Assembly (NCBI GenBank): GCA_045222195.1
Contig: JBGUXN010000029.1
Location: 742-64,741, forward strand
Direction of reading: 5' to 3'
Origin: Bacilli bacterium
GTDB taxonomy: Bacteria > Bacillota_I > Bacilli_A > RFN20 > CAG-826
DNA length: 64,000 nt
In this document: positions 53,337 through 62,410 of the stretch, one piece after another
Layout: the number at the start of each line of letters is the position of its first letter
Numbering within the stretch: the stretch's first letter is position 1
Translations under genes and position numbers: made by a program
The notes under the pieces: generated by a model
Seen by the model: only the letters and a program-made list of their open reading frames with translations
Told to the model about the DNA's origin: nothing
The model's database searches: none

Positions 53337-54119
53337 CTAATTGCCACATTCAATAGATATTTCATTAAAGATTTTAAGAAGATCAGCGATTTCGGTTTTA
53401 TCTTTTTCCTCATTAGCGACATCGAGCACTATTTCACCTTGGTTAAACATTAATAAGCGGTTGCCGTATTCTTTAGCGAATCTCAAATTATGTGTCACCA
53501 TAATCGTGGTAATGTGCTTTTCTTTGACGATTTTATCAGTTAAATCCATGATGAGCTGACTTGTTTTTGGATCAAGTGCCGCGGTATGTTCGTCTAAAAG
53601 AAGTAAGTCAATTGGTTTTAAGGTGGCCATGATGAGGGCTAAAACTTGTCTTTGCCCACCAGAGAGGCTTTTTACTTTGACATTCATCTTTTCTTCTAAA
53701 CCGAGATTTAATGGTTTTAAGATATCATAATATTCTTGCATTTTCTTTTTGCTAACAGCGAAAGATAAACCATATGATTTACCTTTATTTTCCGCAAGAG
53801 CGAGGTTTTCCGCGATTGTTAAATTAGGAGCGGTACCTAAAGATGGATCTTGATAGACACGTCCTATTTTTCTCGCTCTTAGATATTCTTTAACTTTGTT
53901 AATGTTTTCATCTTTAAGGATGATTTCTCCTGCGTCAACATTAAGAGAACCACTAATGATGTTTAAAAGAGTGGTCTTACCGGAACCATTACTACCAACG
54001 ATAGAAATGAATTGACCTTCTATAACATCTAAAGAGAAATTATCAAAGACTTTCACCTCATCGACAGTATTTCTATTAAAAGCCTTATAAACATTTTTTA
54101 GAGATAATAAGTTAGACAT
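53337..54119 (-). CDS. ABC transporter ATP-binding protein (trpXYZ-like system)
   Basis: 260 aa. Walker A GSNGSGKTT, signature LSGGQRQ, Walker B LLLDEHTAALD. Confidence 0.85.
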   Translation of the reverse strand: MSNLLSLKNVYKAFNRNTVDEVKVFDNFSLDVIEGQFISIVGSNGSGKTTLLNIISGSLNVDAGEIILKDENINKVKEYLRARKIGRVYQDPSLGTAPNLTIAENLALAENKGKSYGLSFAVSKKKMQEYYDILKPLNLGLEEKMNVKVKSLSGGQRQVLALIMATLKPIDLLLLDEHTAALDPKTSQLIMDLTDKIVKEKHITTIMVTHNLRFAKEYGNRLLMFNQGEIVLDVANEEKDKTEIADLLKIFNEISIECGN

Positions 54120-55044
54120 TACTCATACCTCCTTTTTTGATTTTCTTTTGTTTATTTAAAACAAAGTTATTGACGATGAGAATGATGGCAAACGCTATCG
54201 CCATCATCAGTCTTAAATAGGTTGTTGGGACACCTAAAGCGATGACAACATTTAAAGCGGCGGTATAAATAATCGCACCGATAATCGCCGCGGTTGTACC
54301 TTTGATGAATCTCGCTTTTCTAAATATCGCTGAACCGATAATAACGCTCGCTAGAGCGATAACAACCATACCGGTGCCAGAAGTATTATCAAAATAGTTC
54401 ATATATTGACTATATAGAGCACCCGCCATAGCAACTAATCCATTAGCGAGACATAATCCTAATATCTTATAAACACCAACGTTGGAGCCTAATGAGGTAG
54501 ACATTTGTTCATTATCGCCCACCGCTCTTAACATATAGCCACATTTAGTTTTAAAGAATAAATCTAAAACAATTTTAATAACTACTACCACTACAACAAG
54601 AATGATGATATTAGCCAAAGCTTGCATAGAAAGACTATCACCAAATAACGAAGTGAAAGCATTATTGAAGATAGTTTTCTTATCGCCATATGGGATGAGT
54701 GTTCTACCTTTAGCAATGGCTAAGTTAACCGATAAGAAGGCGGTCATTGTGATAATGCCAGAAAGTAAAGCGCTTATCTTGAACTTAACGTGTAAGAAAC
54801 CCGTAATAAAACCTGCAAGAGCACCACTTATAAAGGCGACAAGAATAGCGATTATATATGGACAACCGACTTGTATTAATACAAAGCATGTCACTGCGCC
54901 TAATGGGAAGGAACTATCAACAGTTAAATCTGGGAAATTTAAGATCTTATAACTGATGTAAACACCTAAAGCCACTAAAGCGTAGCAAAGACCTTGCTGG
55001 GCAATATTAAGAAAGACATTTAATACAATCATATGATTAATCAA
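54112..55044 (-). CDS. ABC transporter permease (BPD_transp_2-like; trpXYZ-like system)
   Basis: 310 aa, with 8-9 hydrophobic helices. The start is either TTG 55044 or ATG 55032. Confidence 0.8.
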   Translation of the reverse strand: MINHMIVLNVFLNIAQQGLCYALVALGVYISYKILNFPDLTVDSSFPLGAVTCFVLIQVGCPYIIAILVAFISGALAGFITGFLHVKFKISALLSGIITMTAFLSVNLAIAKGRTLIPYGDKKTIFNNAFTSLFGDSLSMQALANIIILVVVVVVIKIVLDLFFKTKCGYMLRAVGDNEQMSTSLGSNVGVYKILGLCLANGLVAMAGALYSQYMNYFDNTSGTGMVVIALASVIIGSAIFRKARFIKGTTAAIIGAIIYTAALNVVIALGVPTTYLRLMMAIAFAIILIVNNFVLNKQKKIKKGGMSNV

Positions 55045-55993
55045 CGTTTCTCATGCTAGAAACATCAGGTAATGCAATACCTAAAGCTTCTGCAACTTTC
55101 GCGGAGTAGCAGTTAAAACTACTATCGATTTGAATAGCGATATCATTACTAGCGATAGCTTCACCTTTTAAAACTTTGGCCATGATAGCGCCTGTTTGTT
55201 CGCCCAAAGAAACATAGTCTAAAGATGCACTTGCCAAACAACCACCTTTAACTTGGTCAATTTCGCTACCAAAGACTGGAATCTTTTTCGCGTTTGTCTT
55301 AGCTAAGATGATATCTAAAGCGCCCACGACTGTGTTATCGGTTAAGTTAGTTAAGCAATCAATATCTTTAGCGAGTAATGTATCTGTAGCTGTTGGAATT
55401 TCATTAGCGTTTGTAATGGCTTGTCTCACAATTTCAATACCTTTAGCCTGTGCTTTTACTGTTAATGATTCAATTTGACTGACAGAATTGGCTTCGTTTA
55501 GTGTATAAAGAACACCAATTTTACTAACTGCAGGAATGAAAGCTTTGATGAGATCTAACTGACCATCATAGTCAAGCAAATCACTGGACCCTGTGACGTT
55601 TTTCATTGTTGATAAACCAGCGGAAACTGGATCAGAAACCGCACAGTAGACAACTGGAATACTGCCTTTAGCGGCACTAGAGGCTGCCATAGCGCTAGGA
55701 GTGGCAATCGCACCGATAATACTAGCGTTTTTACTGACAAAAGTATTAGCTTGAGCGGCACTTGTGGAGGCATCAAAGTTAGAATTTTGTCTATCGATTG
55801 TGTAGTTATCAAATTCATCACCTAAACCATCTTGTAAGCCTTTGACCATGCCGTTATAGCAGTCATTTAATGATTCGTGGGTACCAAATTGGATGATACC
55901 GATTAATTTTTTGCCGTTATTACAACCTGTCATGAAGAATGAGCCTAATGTTAAGGCGCATGTAAGTGTTAATGTTTTAAATAAGTTTTTCAT
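55037..55993 (-). CDS. ABC substrate-binding lipoprotein of the ABC_sub_bind family (trpXYZ-like system)
   Basis: 318 aa with RBS AGAGGA. Lipobox FFMTG-C. LIGIIQFGTHESLND is typical of this family. Confidence 0.8.
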   Translation of the reverse strand: MKNLFKTLTLTCALTLGSFFMTGCNNGKKLIGIIQFGTHESLNDCYNGMVKGLQDGLGDEFDNYTIDRQNSNFDASTSAAQANTFVSKNASIIGAIATPSAMAASSAAKGSIPVVYCAVSDPVSAGLSTMKNVTGSSDLLDYDGQLDLIKAFIPAVSKIGVLYTLNEANSVSQIESLTVKAQAKGIEIVRQAITNANEIPTATDTLLAKDIDCLTNLTDNTVVGALDIILAKTNAKKIPVFGSEIDQVKGGCLASASLDYVSLGEQTGAIMAKVLKGEAIASNDIAIQIDSSFNCYSAKVAEALGIALPDVSSMRNVD

Positions 55994-56114
55994 TTTATAA
56001 ATCCTCTTTTCTTAAAAATTAGTAATGTTAAAAACTAGACTTATTGTCTCTAAGGCGTCGCCATCGGAATACTAATTTTAAGATTTTCTTCATGTTTTTT
56101 ACCTTCCTATTAAA

Positions 56115-56336
56115 CAAAAAAGCTTTTCCCCAAAAGGACAAAAGCTTAAAAATCTCTTGTTATGCCACCTAATGGTTCTTCGTGTACTAACATACACTAT
56201 CACATGGTCACGGAGTGATGCCGTCGGGTATTGGCCGCCCTCGATGGTCCATTCGCTTCTAGAAGAATATTCTGTTTCACCAACCCAGAACTCTCTACAA
56301 TTCCCCTATGAAGGTACTATTCCACTTCATCGGTTT
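56115..56336 (-). promoter_or_regulatory. T-box riboswitch leader, tryptophan-specific (UGG specifier)
   Basis: Read on the minus strand. Stem I is CGATGAAG...GGAATAGTA...AGAGAG...GGTGAAA. The specifier loop is GCGAA-UGG-A (UGG at 56249-56251). The F-box-like element is CCGTGA. The T-box is ATTAGGTGGCATAAC (56159-56173), whose UGGC bulge fits a G73 discriminator. The terminator is AAGCTTTTGTCC-tttt-GGGGAAAAGCTT plus TTTTTTG (56115-56148). Confidence 0.85.
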
Positions 56337-56351
56337 ATTTATGTATAACTG

Positions 56352-56381
56352 ATTATTGTCTTTATTGATGTGATTTGTCAA
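56352..56381 (-). promoter_or_regulatory. Promoter of the T-box/ABC operon
   Basis: Minus strand TTGACA (56376-56381), an 18-nt spacer, then AATAAT (56352-56357). Confidence 0.5.
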
Positions 56382-56416
56382 TAAAATATGAGAACAAATC
56401 TTACTTTTGTATCGGA

Positions 56417-57625
56417 TTACGCTCTTAAAGAACGTATGACACTTTCACAATCTTTAGCGTTCATGATTTTCGGTACTGGATAACCAGGATTACCTTCTTT
56501 TAAGGCTCTTTTTACCAAAGTAGGAATATCTTCTTCTTTAATAAAATCAAACTTTTCAGGAATGTTCATCGCTTTATTCATTCTTTTAATTTCAGCGATA
56601 TAGGCCTTAGCCTTTTCTTCCATAGACATACTTTCATTAGTGATACCGATTAAGTCCGCGAGTTTACTTAATGGTTTATAAACAGACTTGCCGTACCATT
56701 CTAGAACATAAGGAAGAATGACAGCGTTCGCTAAACCATGTGGAGTGTTATACATACCACCTAAGTTATGAGCGATAGCGTGCACATAACCAACAAAGGC
56801 TCTAGTGAAAGCGCTGCCAGCATAGAAAGAAGCTTTTAACATCTTCTCTCTGGCTTCGATATCTTTACCGTTGTGATAAGCTTTTTCGAGGTAGATGTGT
56901 ATTAATTTAACTGCATCTTCTGCATATTTAATCGTGGATTTCACATTACTTTTACCAATATATGATTCCACAGCGTGCGTTAAAGCATCCATACCAGTTG
57001 TGGAGGTGATATGTGGAGGAAGACCTGTTGTTAAGGCTGGATCAAGAACAGCGTACTTAGGTCTTAAGCATGGATCACAGATAGCGTTCTTTTCATGAGT
57101 GGTTGGATCAGTCACTACCGCCGCTAATGTGGTTTCACTACCCGTACCAGCAGTGGTTGGTACGGCAAAGAATGGAGGTAACTTTTTACCAACTTTTAAA
57201 TAGCCTCTCATCTTACGAACTGATTTCTTTGGTTTAACAACTCTAGCCGCTGCCGCTTTAGCGCAATCCATTGGTGAACCACCGCCAAAAGCGATGATAC
57301 CTTCGCATTTATTATCGATATAGATTTGTTTACATTCTTCAATGCTTGGAATTGTGGGGTTCGGTTGAACTCCATCATAAACGACGTATTCTAAACCTTC
57401 TTTTTTAAGTTCATTAAATAAAGGATCTAATAGATGGAGATTCATTAAACCTTTATCGGTAACGATTAAGATTTTATTAATGTTTTTATTTTTAATAAAA
57501 GAAGGCAACTTTAAAACCGCTCCTTCACCTTCTAATAGTTCTGGTTCTTTCCAGTTCATAAAGCGCATAAAAAACTTTAAGACTTTTTGATTGATGCGGT
57601 AATAGCAGTTTTTAAATAAGCCCAT
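56417..57625 (-). CDS. Iron-containing (group III) alcohol dehydrogenase
   Basis: 402 aa with RBS AGGAG. Motifs: IAFGGGSPMDCAKA, AVPTTAGTGSE, GMDALTHAVE, HAIAHNLGG. Confidence 0.85.
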   Translation of the reverse strand: MGLFKNCYYRINQKVLKFFMRFMNWKEPELLEGEGAVLKLPSFIKNKNINKILIVTDKGLMNLHLLDPLFNELKKEGLEYVVYDGVQPNPTIPSIEECKQIYIDNKCEGIIAFGGGSPMDCAKAAAARVVKPKKSVRKMRGYLKVGKKLPPFFAVPTTAGTGSETTLAAVVTDPTTHEKNAICDPCLRPKYAVLDPALTTGLPPHITSTTGMDALTHAVESYIGKSNVKSTIKYAEDAVKLIHIYLEKAYHNGKDIEAREKMLKASFYAGSAFTRAFVGYVHAIAHNLGGMYNTPHGLANAVILPYVLEWYGKSVYKPLSKLADLIGITNESMSMEEKAKAYIAEIKRMNKAMNIPEKFDFIKEEDIPTLVKRALKEGNPGYPVPKIMNAKDCESVIRSLRA

Positions 57626-57720
57626 AAAAATCTCCTATTTGATATTGTTTATAATCCAATTTCTAATGGATTCTTTTAATCATGCTTATATTCTATCACT
57701 TCCCCCTACTTCTTAAGAAA

Positions 57721-57750
57721 CAAAAAAGCCCCCACTTTTTAAGCGGAGGC
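57721..57750 (-). terminator. Terminator after 57772..60009
   Basis: Minus strand GCCTCCGCT-taaaa-AGTGGGGGC followed by TTTTTTG. Confidence 0.65.
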
Positions 57751-57771
57751 CGTATATCCTTAAATAAAATA

Positions 57772-60009
57772 TTAAGCAACTAGATTAAATAGATAGTAGT
57801 CAATACATGGACAACCAGCATTAGTATTAGCGTTTTGTGAATCTAAGCAACCAGCGATGGTATGTAAACCGGCTGTGACTGTGAATTCGAATTCAATTAA
57901 ACGCCATTCCCAGCTAGCCACTGAACTATCAGTATGATCAGCAGTAACGCAGGTGAATTTACCTGTTTCACCATCTAAACGATATTGATAGACATATGAA
58001 TAGTCGATAGTTGCGGTTTTGGAGTTTTTGCCACCACGACAGTACGCAACTTTCATATTAACTTTGCCATCTTTTGGTGCATAAATGACGATTTCAAATT
58101 TTCTATTAGCGTCATAGTTACCAGTACTTGGAGTGACGAATTTACCACCTGAAGCATTAGCATCAGCGTCATCAGCGACGAATGTGCTATTACTACCCCA
58201 ACCAGAGTTTTTCCACGCTGTTGGTGTGGCGTTTTCCGCTTCAAATTTCACTTCTTCACCAGCTTTTAAGGCAATACCATTACTTGGGATTTCTGGAGTT
58301 TCATCAGTTGGAATGTATGGATCTTGGTCTTTAACATAACCAGGAACGAATTTAACTCTAATAGTTTCTAATGTATCGCTAGATAAGCCTTTACTCATTA
58401 AGTGAGCTTTCATTTGTTCGGCAAATGTTGGTTTATCAGCGTAAGTTGATTTTGTTTTACTAACCCAGTTAACAAATTCACTGTTATAGTCTCTAAAGCC
58501 TTGAGTGGAGAAGTTGGTGTAGCAATAATCTCTACCAATATCTTCTTCAGAAACACCACATAAGGCTAATAAGAAGAATGTCGCAATACCAGTACGGTCC
58601 GCACCAGCGGTGCAATGTAACATAATTGGATTATTATCAGCATCAGCGATAGCTTCAAAGATTGGTTTATAAACTTCACCATAATCTTCCCAACGTCTAC
58701 TTTCAGTACCTGATGGAATAGAAGCTTTTAAAATAGCAACTGGCCAATCTGTAGTTGATGCTGCAGAAGTTGATGGGACTTGATAGCTATCTCTCATATC
58801 GATATCGAGTTTGATACCTAATTCTTTAATAGCGGCTTTACCTTCAGAAGTAATGTTATTTGGATTAGCGCAGCGATAATATAAACCTTGTTTAATAACA
58901 CCATTAGGAATTAAGGAAGATTTCCAACCACCGACATCACGGAAGTTAGAAATACCACCAACTTTTAAGTTTCTTGGTGCTTGAGTAGCTACTTTAAATT
59001 CTTTAGCGGTTGCACTTGCTAAACCTGCTTCACTTGTCGCGGCTTTATAGTAATATGTTTCACCTAATTCAGCATTCCAAAGTTCGTAATATTTAGCAGT
59101 TGTTTCATATGTAATAGCGCCACTAAAATTATTAACGCCTTTAGCGACTTGGACATAATATTTACTCGCATCAGCGACATCATCAAATTTTAGATTTAAG
59201 GCTCTTGGAAGAGATAATTCTTGTGTACCTTGAGCGTAATTTCTGATGTTATGCCAATCAGGGTCATTGTTATATTGATATTGGACTAAGGTATGGAAAT
59301 CATTATCTGGAACAGAATCCACTACTGGAGGTTCTGGATCAACATCACCACTTGGTTCTTCAATTAAGAAATCTAAATAGTCAGTACATGGGCAACCTGT
59401 GGAAGTATTGCTAATAACTGACATAGTAATTTTATGATCACCTTTTGGTAAGGTAATTGGACGATATGTCATTCTATACCAATCAAATTCTTCACTTCTC
59501 GCTCTTAAAATATGATCATCACCATATGGGATTTGTTGGGAAGTTGTTTCGATAACAAAGGCATATGTTAATGACATGTCTTCATCATTACTTAACCATT
59601 TACTACTTTGGCAATACGCCGCAGTCATCGTGATTTTACTTGGTTGATTGAGTTTTAAAACAAAGTCACATGTTCCAGAATTAGCGGTATCACCAGTGGA
59701 TGAGGCTAAATAATAACCACCAGAGGCTTTTTCAGACGCCATGACTGGAGTTGGGAAAATGCTGGATGTAACCCAGTTAGCGGTATTGATATTTTCCGCT
59801 TCAAATCTAATGGTGCCATAGTTATTAATATCAACATTTGGATCACCACTAAATGTGGAAGAAGAGGAACTACTTCTTCTCGATCTAGAATAGTCTTCTT
59901 CACTAGAACTTAGTTCTTCTGATGAATGAGAACCACCTTCGGGTTTCCCACCACAAGCGGCTAAACTTAAAGCGCAAAGCAAAGCCATTAAAAAGAGTTG
60001 TTTTTTCAT
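57772..60009 (-). CDS. Lipoprotein: CBM6/35-like module, Fn3-like module, CX5R phosphatase (Y_phosphatase3 type), second CBM6/35-like module
   Basis: 745 aa with RBS GAGGAG. Lipobox LSLAA-C plus a Ser-rich linker. First CBM-like module IRFEAENINTANW...CPCTDYLDF. Phosphatase motifs: NFRDVGGW, GLYYRC, IDMRD, and the P-loop MLHCTAGADRTG (58594-58617). Second CBM-like module VKFEAENATPTAW...CPCIDYYLF. Confidence 0.8.
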   Translation of the reverse strand: MKKQLFLMALLCALSLAACGGKPEGGSHSSEELSSSEEDYSRSRRSSSSSSTFSGDPNVDINNYGTIRFEAENINTANWVTSSIFPTPVMASEKASGGYYLASSTGDTANSGTCDFVLKLNQPSKITMTAAYCQSSKWLSNDEDMSLTYAFVIETTSQQIPYGDDHILRARSEEFDWYRMTYRPITLPKGDHKITMSVISNTSTGCPCTDYLDFLIEEPSGDVDPEPPVVDSVPDNDFHTLVQYQYNNDPDWHNIRNYAQGTQELSLPRALNLKFDDVADASKYYVQVAKGVNNFSGAITYETTAKYYELWNAELGETYYYKAATSEAGLASATAKEFKVATQAPRNLKVGGISNFRDVGGWKSSLIPNGVIKQGLYYRCANPNNITSEGKAAIKELGIKLDIDMRDSYQVPSTSAASTTDWPVAILKASIPSGTESRRWEDYGEVYKPIFEAIADADNNPIMLHCTAGADRTGIATFFLLALCGVSEEDIGRDYCYTNFSTQGFRDYNSEFVNWVSKTKSTYADKPTFAEQMKAHLMSKGLSSDTLETIRVKFVPGYVKDQDPYIPTDETPEIPSNGIALKAGEEVKFEAENATPTAWKNSGWGSNSTFVADDADANASGGKFVTPSTGNYDANRKFEIVIYAPKDGKVNMKVAYCRGGKNSKTATIDYSYVYQYRLDGETGKFTCVTADHTDSSVASWEWRLIEFEFTVTAGLHTIAGCLDSQNANTNAGCPCIDYYLFNLVA

Positions 60010-60070
60010 ATATAATCTCCTCGCTATTATTTTAGACTAGCTCTAACAAAAATAGTAGATATATTATTAA

Positions 60071-60097
60071 TAAAAAAGGACCAGAAATACTGGCCCT
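60071..60097 (-). terminator. Terminator after 60117..62234
   Basis: Minus strand AGGGCCAG-tattt-CTGGTCCT followed by TTTTTATT. Confidence 0.7.
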
Positions 60098-60116
60098 TTT
60101 AATGTTAAATTAATAA

Positions 60117-62234
60117 TTATGCAAGAGATGTGACTTTTAAACAACAAATTGTCCAAGTATCATTATTCTTTAAAATTTCATATTGATGACCATCGGCTTG
60201 GATGATGTTAGTTCCCGCAGTAACTTTGAGGTTATCAACTTCACCACCGTTTAAAACAGAGTGAACTAAGAAGATACCATCAACAGAAACTGGGAATAAA
60301 CTTGTATCCATTAAGAATTTAGCGGTGAATTCATGTGTTGATGTATCAAATGATGATAATGTCTTATCGAAATCAAATTTGTTTGTCTTATCGCCTAAAA
60401 CATATCCCCAATCAGACCAACCAAGGTTGCCATGGTGTTGTAAGTTGATACCATAAGCTTTGTGATATTGATCTAATGTAAAGTTACCAGTGAATGTACC
60501 ATTAACAACATAATATGGTTTGTTATTAATTAATTCGACATCAGCAGAAGTTGGAGTAACTGTGGCATCAATTGCGCCTTCTTTTTGGGCAATTAAAGAG
60601 ACACAGTTCCATGTATCAGCATTAGCGTATAACTTATATTCATAACCACCAGCGGAAACAACTGTTTCTTCAAAGGAAATATTGAGACCATCCCATGTTG
60701 GAGCAGGAATCGCGGCTTTGAATTCGTCACTTAAATCTTCATAACCATCAATACCATCCCAGTTATCTGGTAATGTATTGATTTCAATGACTTCACCATC
60801 TAATGTATGTCTATAACGTAAGGCATCATTTCTAATTAAAGCTTTTAAGTCTTCATCAGAAGTAGTACCCGCCACTCTGAATTTACCAATATATGGTGTA
60901 CCAGCGTTATTTTTAATGAATGAGTTTTCGCTATCTAATAAGTCGGCTCTTAAAACCCAAGAACCATCAGCTTTATAACTCATTGGTTCGATTAATTTAA
61001 GTGTTTCTGTAGACCAGCTACCACCTTTAATCATGTTTCTAAGTTCGAATTGAGTATTACCAACAGCAGTACCAACGACTTCGTACACTAATTTTTCACC
61101 TTCAAGTTGTAAAGAGACATCAGTGACGGTATATTGACGTTTTTGATAAACAGCAGTATAGGTAATTTCTTCTGTACTTGCGGCATAAGGAACGATTTCT
61201 TTATCGAAACCACGGAAGACGTAAACGCCTTCAGCGTCAGTCGCTTTTCTTGGCGCTTTAGCGGTGAAAGCAGGAACTTCACCAACGGTGATTTCATCGG
61301 CTTTATAACCTTGAATTAAAGTACCATCAGTATTTCTAAAGGCTACGGCAAATTTAATACTAGAATCGATAACTGTGACCACGAATGATTGAACAAATGG
61401 TTGACCATCTGTGCCTTTTGCATCGGTAGTAACGGTAATTGTGGCTTCGCCTTCGCTTAACGCTTTAACTAAACCACTTTCACTAACAGAGGCCACTGTT
61501 GGCGCACTAGAAGCAAATGTGACTTTCTTATTTGTGGCGTTAGATGGTAAAACGGTAACACCGATTTGTTTTTCTTCACCTTTAAGTAAGGTAATATCAT
61601 CAACGTCAATTTCTAAACCAGTTGTCGCTGTTTCTTTAACAGTAACGTTAACGGTTTTAGTAAGTGGATTGCCATCCGCTGCTGGAGCAACTGTGCTAAC
61701 GGTAATAACAGCACTACCAACACCTTTAGCGGTAATTAAACCAAGTTCATCAACAGTAGCAACATCTTCTTTATTTGAAGCGAAGGTACAGCCAGCTTCC
61801 GCTGCTTCATCTGGAGTAATAGTAGCCACGATTTGATGTCTACCATTAACTTCTAATTCAACACTACTGACATCAAGTTCTAAACCAGTAACTGCTGCGT
61901 AGCGCACTGTAATTTCCACTTCGATGGAAAGATCTTCATAATAAATAGTCACTATTTTATCATCGATCTTAAGGGCTTTGGATGGACTCACATAGTAGTC
62001 ATCGACTTCTTTTTCAGAGCCGTCACTCATGACGACATAAACTTTTAAGTTTGTTTTATCAAACTTTTCGCCCACTAAGTATTCGGTTTTAGCACCTTCA
62101 ACTCTAAGGCTCACAGCGGTGACGGCTTTTTGTGATTGTTGGGAACCACCACAGCTAGGAAGTGTGAGGAATGTTGTCGCGCCTAATAAAGCAAGACCGA
62201 TAACAAACGCACCTCTTGTTTTTCTTGTTTTCAT
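60117..62234 (-). CDS. Surface lipoprotein with bacterial Ig-like (Big_3/Big_2) domains and an unknown C-terminal domain
   Basis: 705 aa with RBS AAGGAG. Lipobox LTLPS-C. There are two Big_2-like repeats (VTGLELDVSSVELEVNGRHQI...ITAKGVGSAVITV and TTGLEIDVDDITLLKGEEKQI...VKALSEGEATITV). Confidence 0.75.
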   Translation of the reverse strand: MKTRKTRGAFVIGLALLGATTFLTLPSCGGSQQSQKAVTAVSLRVEGAKTEYLVGEKFDKTNLKVYVVMSDGSEKEVDDYYVSPSKALKIDDKIVTIYYEDLSIEVEITVRYAAVTGLELDVSSVELEVNGRHQIVATITPDEAAEAGCTFASNKEDVATVDELGLITAKGVGSAVITVSTVAPAADGNPLTKTVNVTVKETATTGLEIDVDDITLLKGEEKQIGVTVLPSNATNKKVTFASSAPTVASVSESGLVKALSEGEATITVTTDAKGTDGQPFVQSFVVTVIDSSIKFAVAFRNTDGTLIQGYKADEITVGEVPAFTAKAPRKATDAEGVYVFRGFDKEIVPYAASTEEITYTAVYQKRQYTVTDVSLQLEGEKLVYEVVGTAVGNTQFELRNMIKGGSWSTETLKLIEPMSYKADGSWVLRADLLDSENSFIKNNAGTPYIGKFRVAGTTSDEDLKALIRNDALRYRHTLDGEVIEINTLPDNWDGIDGYEDLSDEFKAAIPAPTWDGLNISFEETVVSAGGYEYKLYANADTWNCVSLIAQKEGAIDATVTPTSADVELINNKPYYVVNGTFTGNFTLDQYHKAYGINLQHHGNLGWSDWGYVLGDKTNKFDFDKTLSSFDTSTHEFTAKFLMDTSLFPVSVDGIFLVHSVLNGGEVDNLKVTAGTNIIQADGHQYEILKNNDTWTICCLKVTSLA

Positions 62235-62410
62235 ACAAAAACTCCTTCTCTAAATAGCACAATAACTTTTTTATGACAATTTTGTTATTTCATGCTCCTA
62301 TATTTTGCTACTTTTCTATAAACATTGCAAGGAAAGTGTGATAAAATCAAAACACGTGATATAAAATTTTTGCGGTTATATCGTAAAAAAATATAAGGAG
62401 ATACCAATAT

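Noticed and set aside
18594-62410. CcpA cre sites (TGWNANCGNTNWCA) in the catabolic promoters, e.g. TTGCAACGTTTGTA at about 22195 and GAAACGAACGCC at about 9622
   Set aside because: None of the candidates I inspected fits the consensus at the critical TG...CG...CA positions. A proper PWM scan would be needed.
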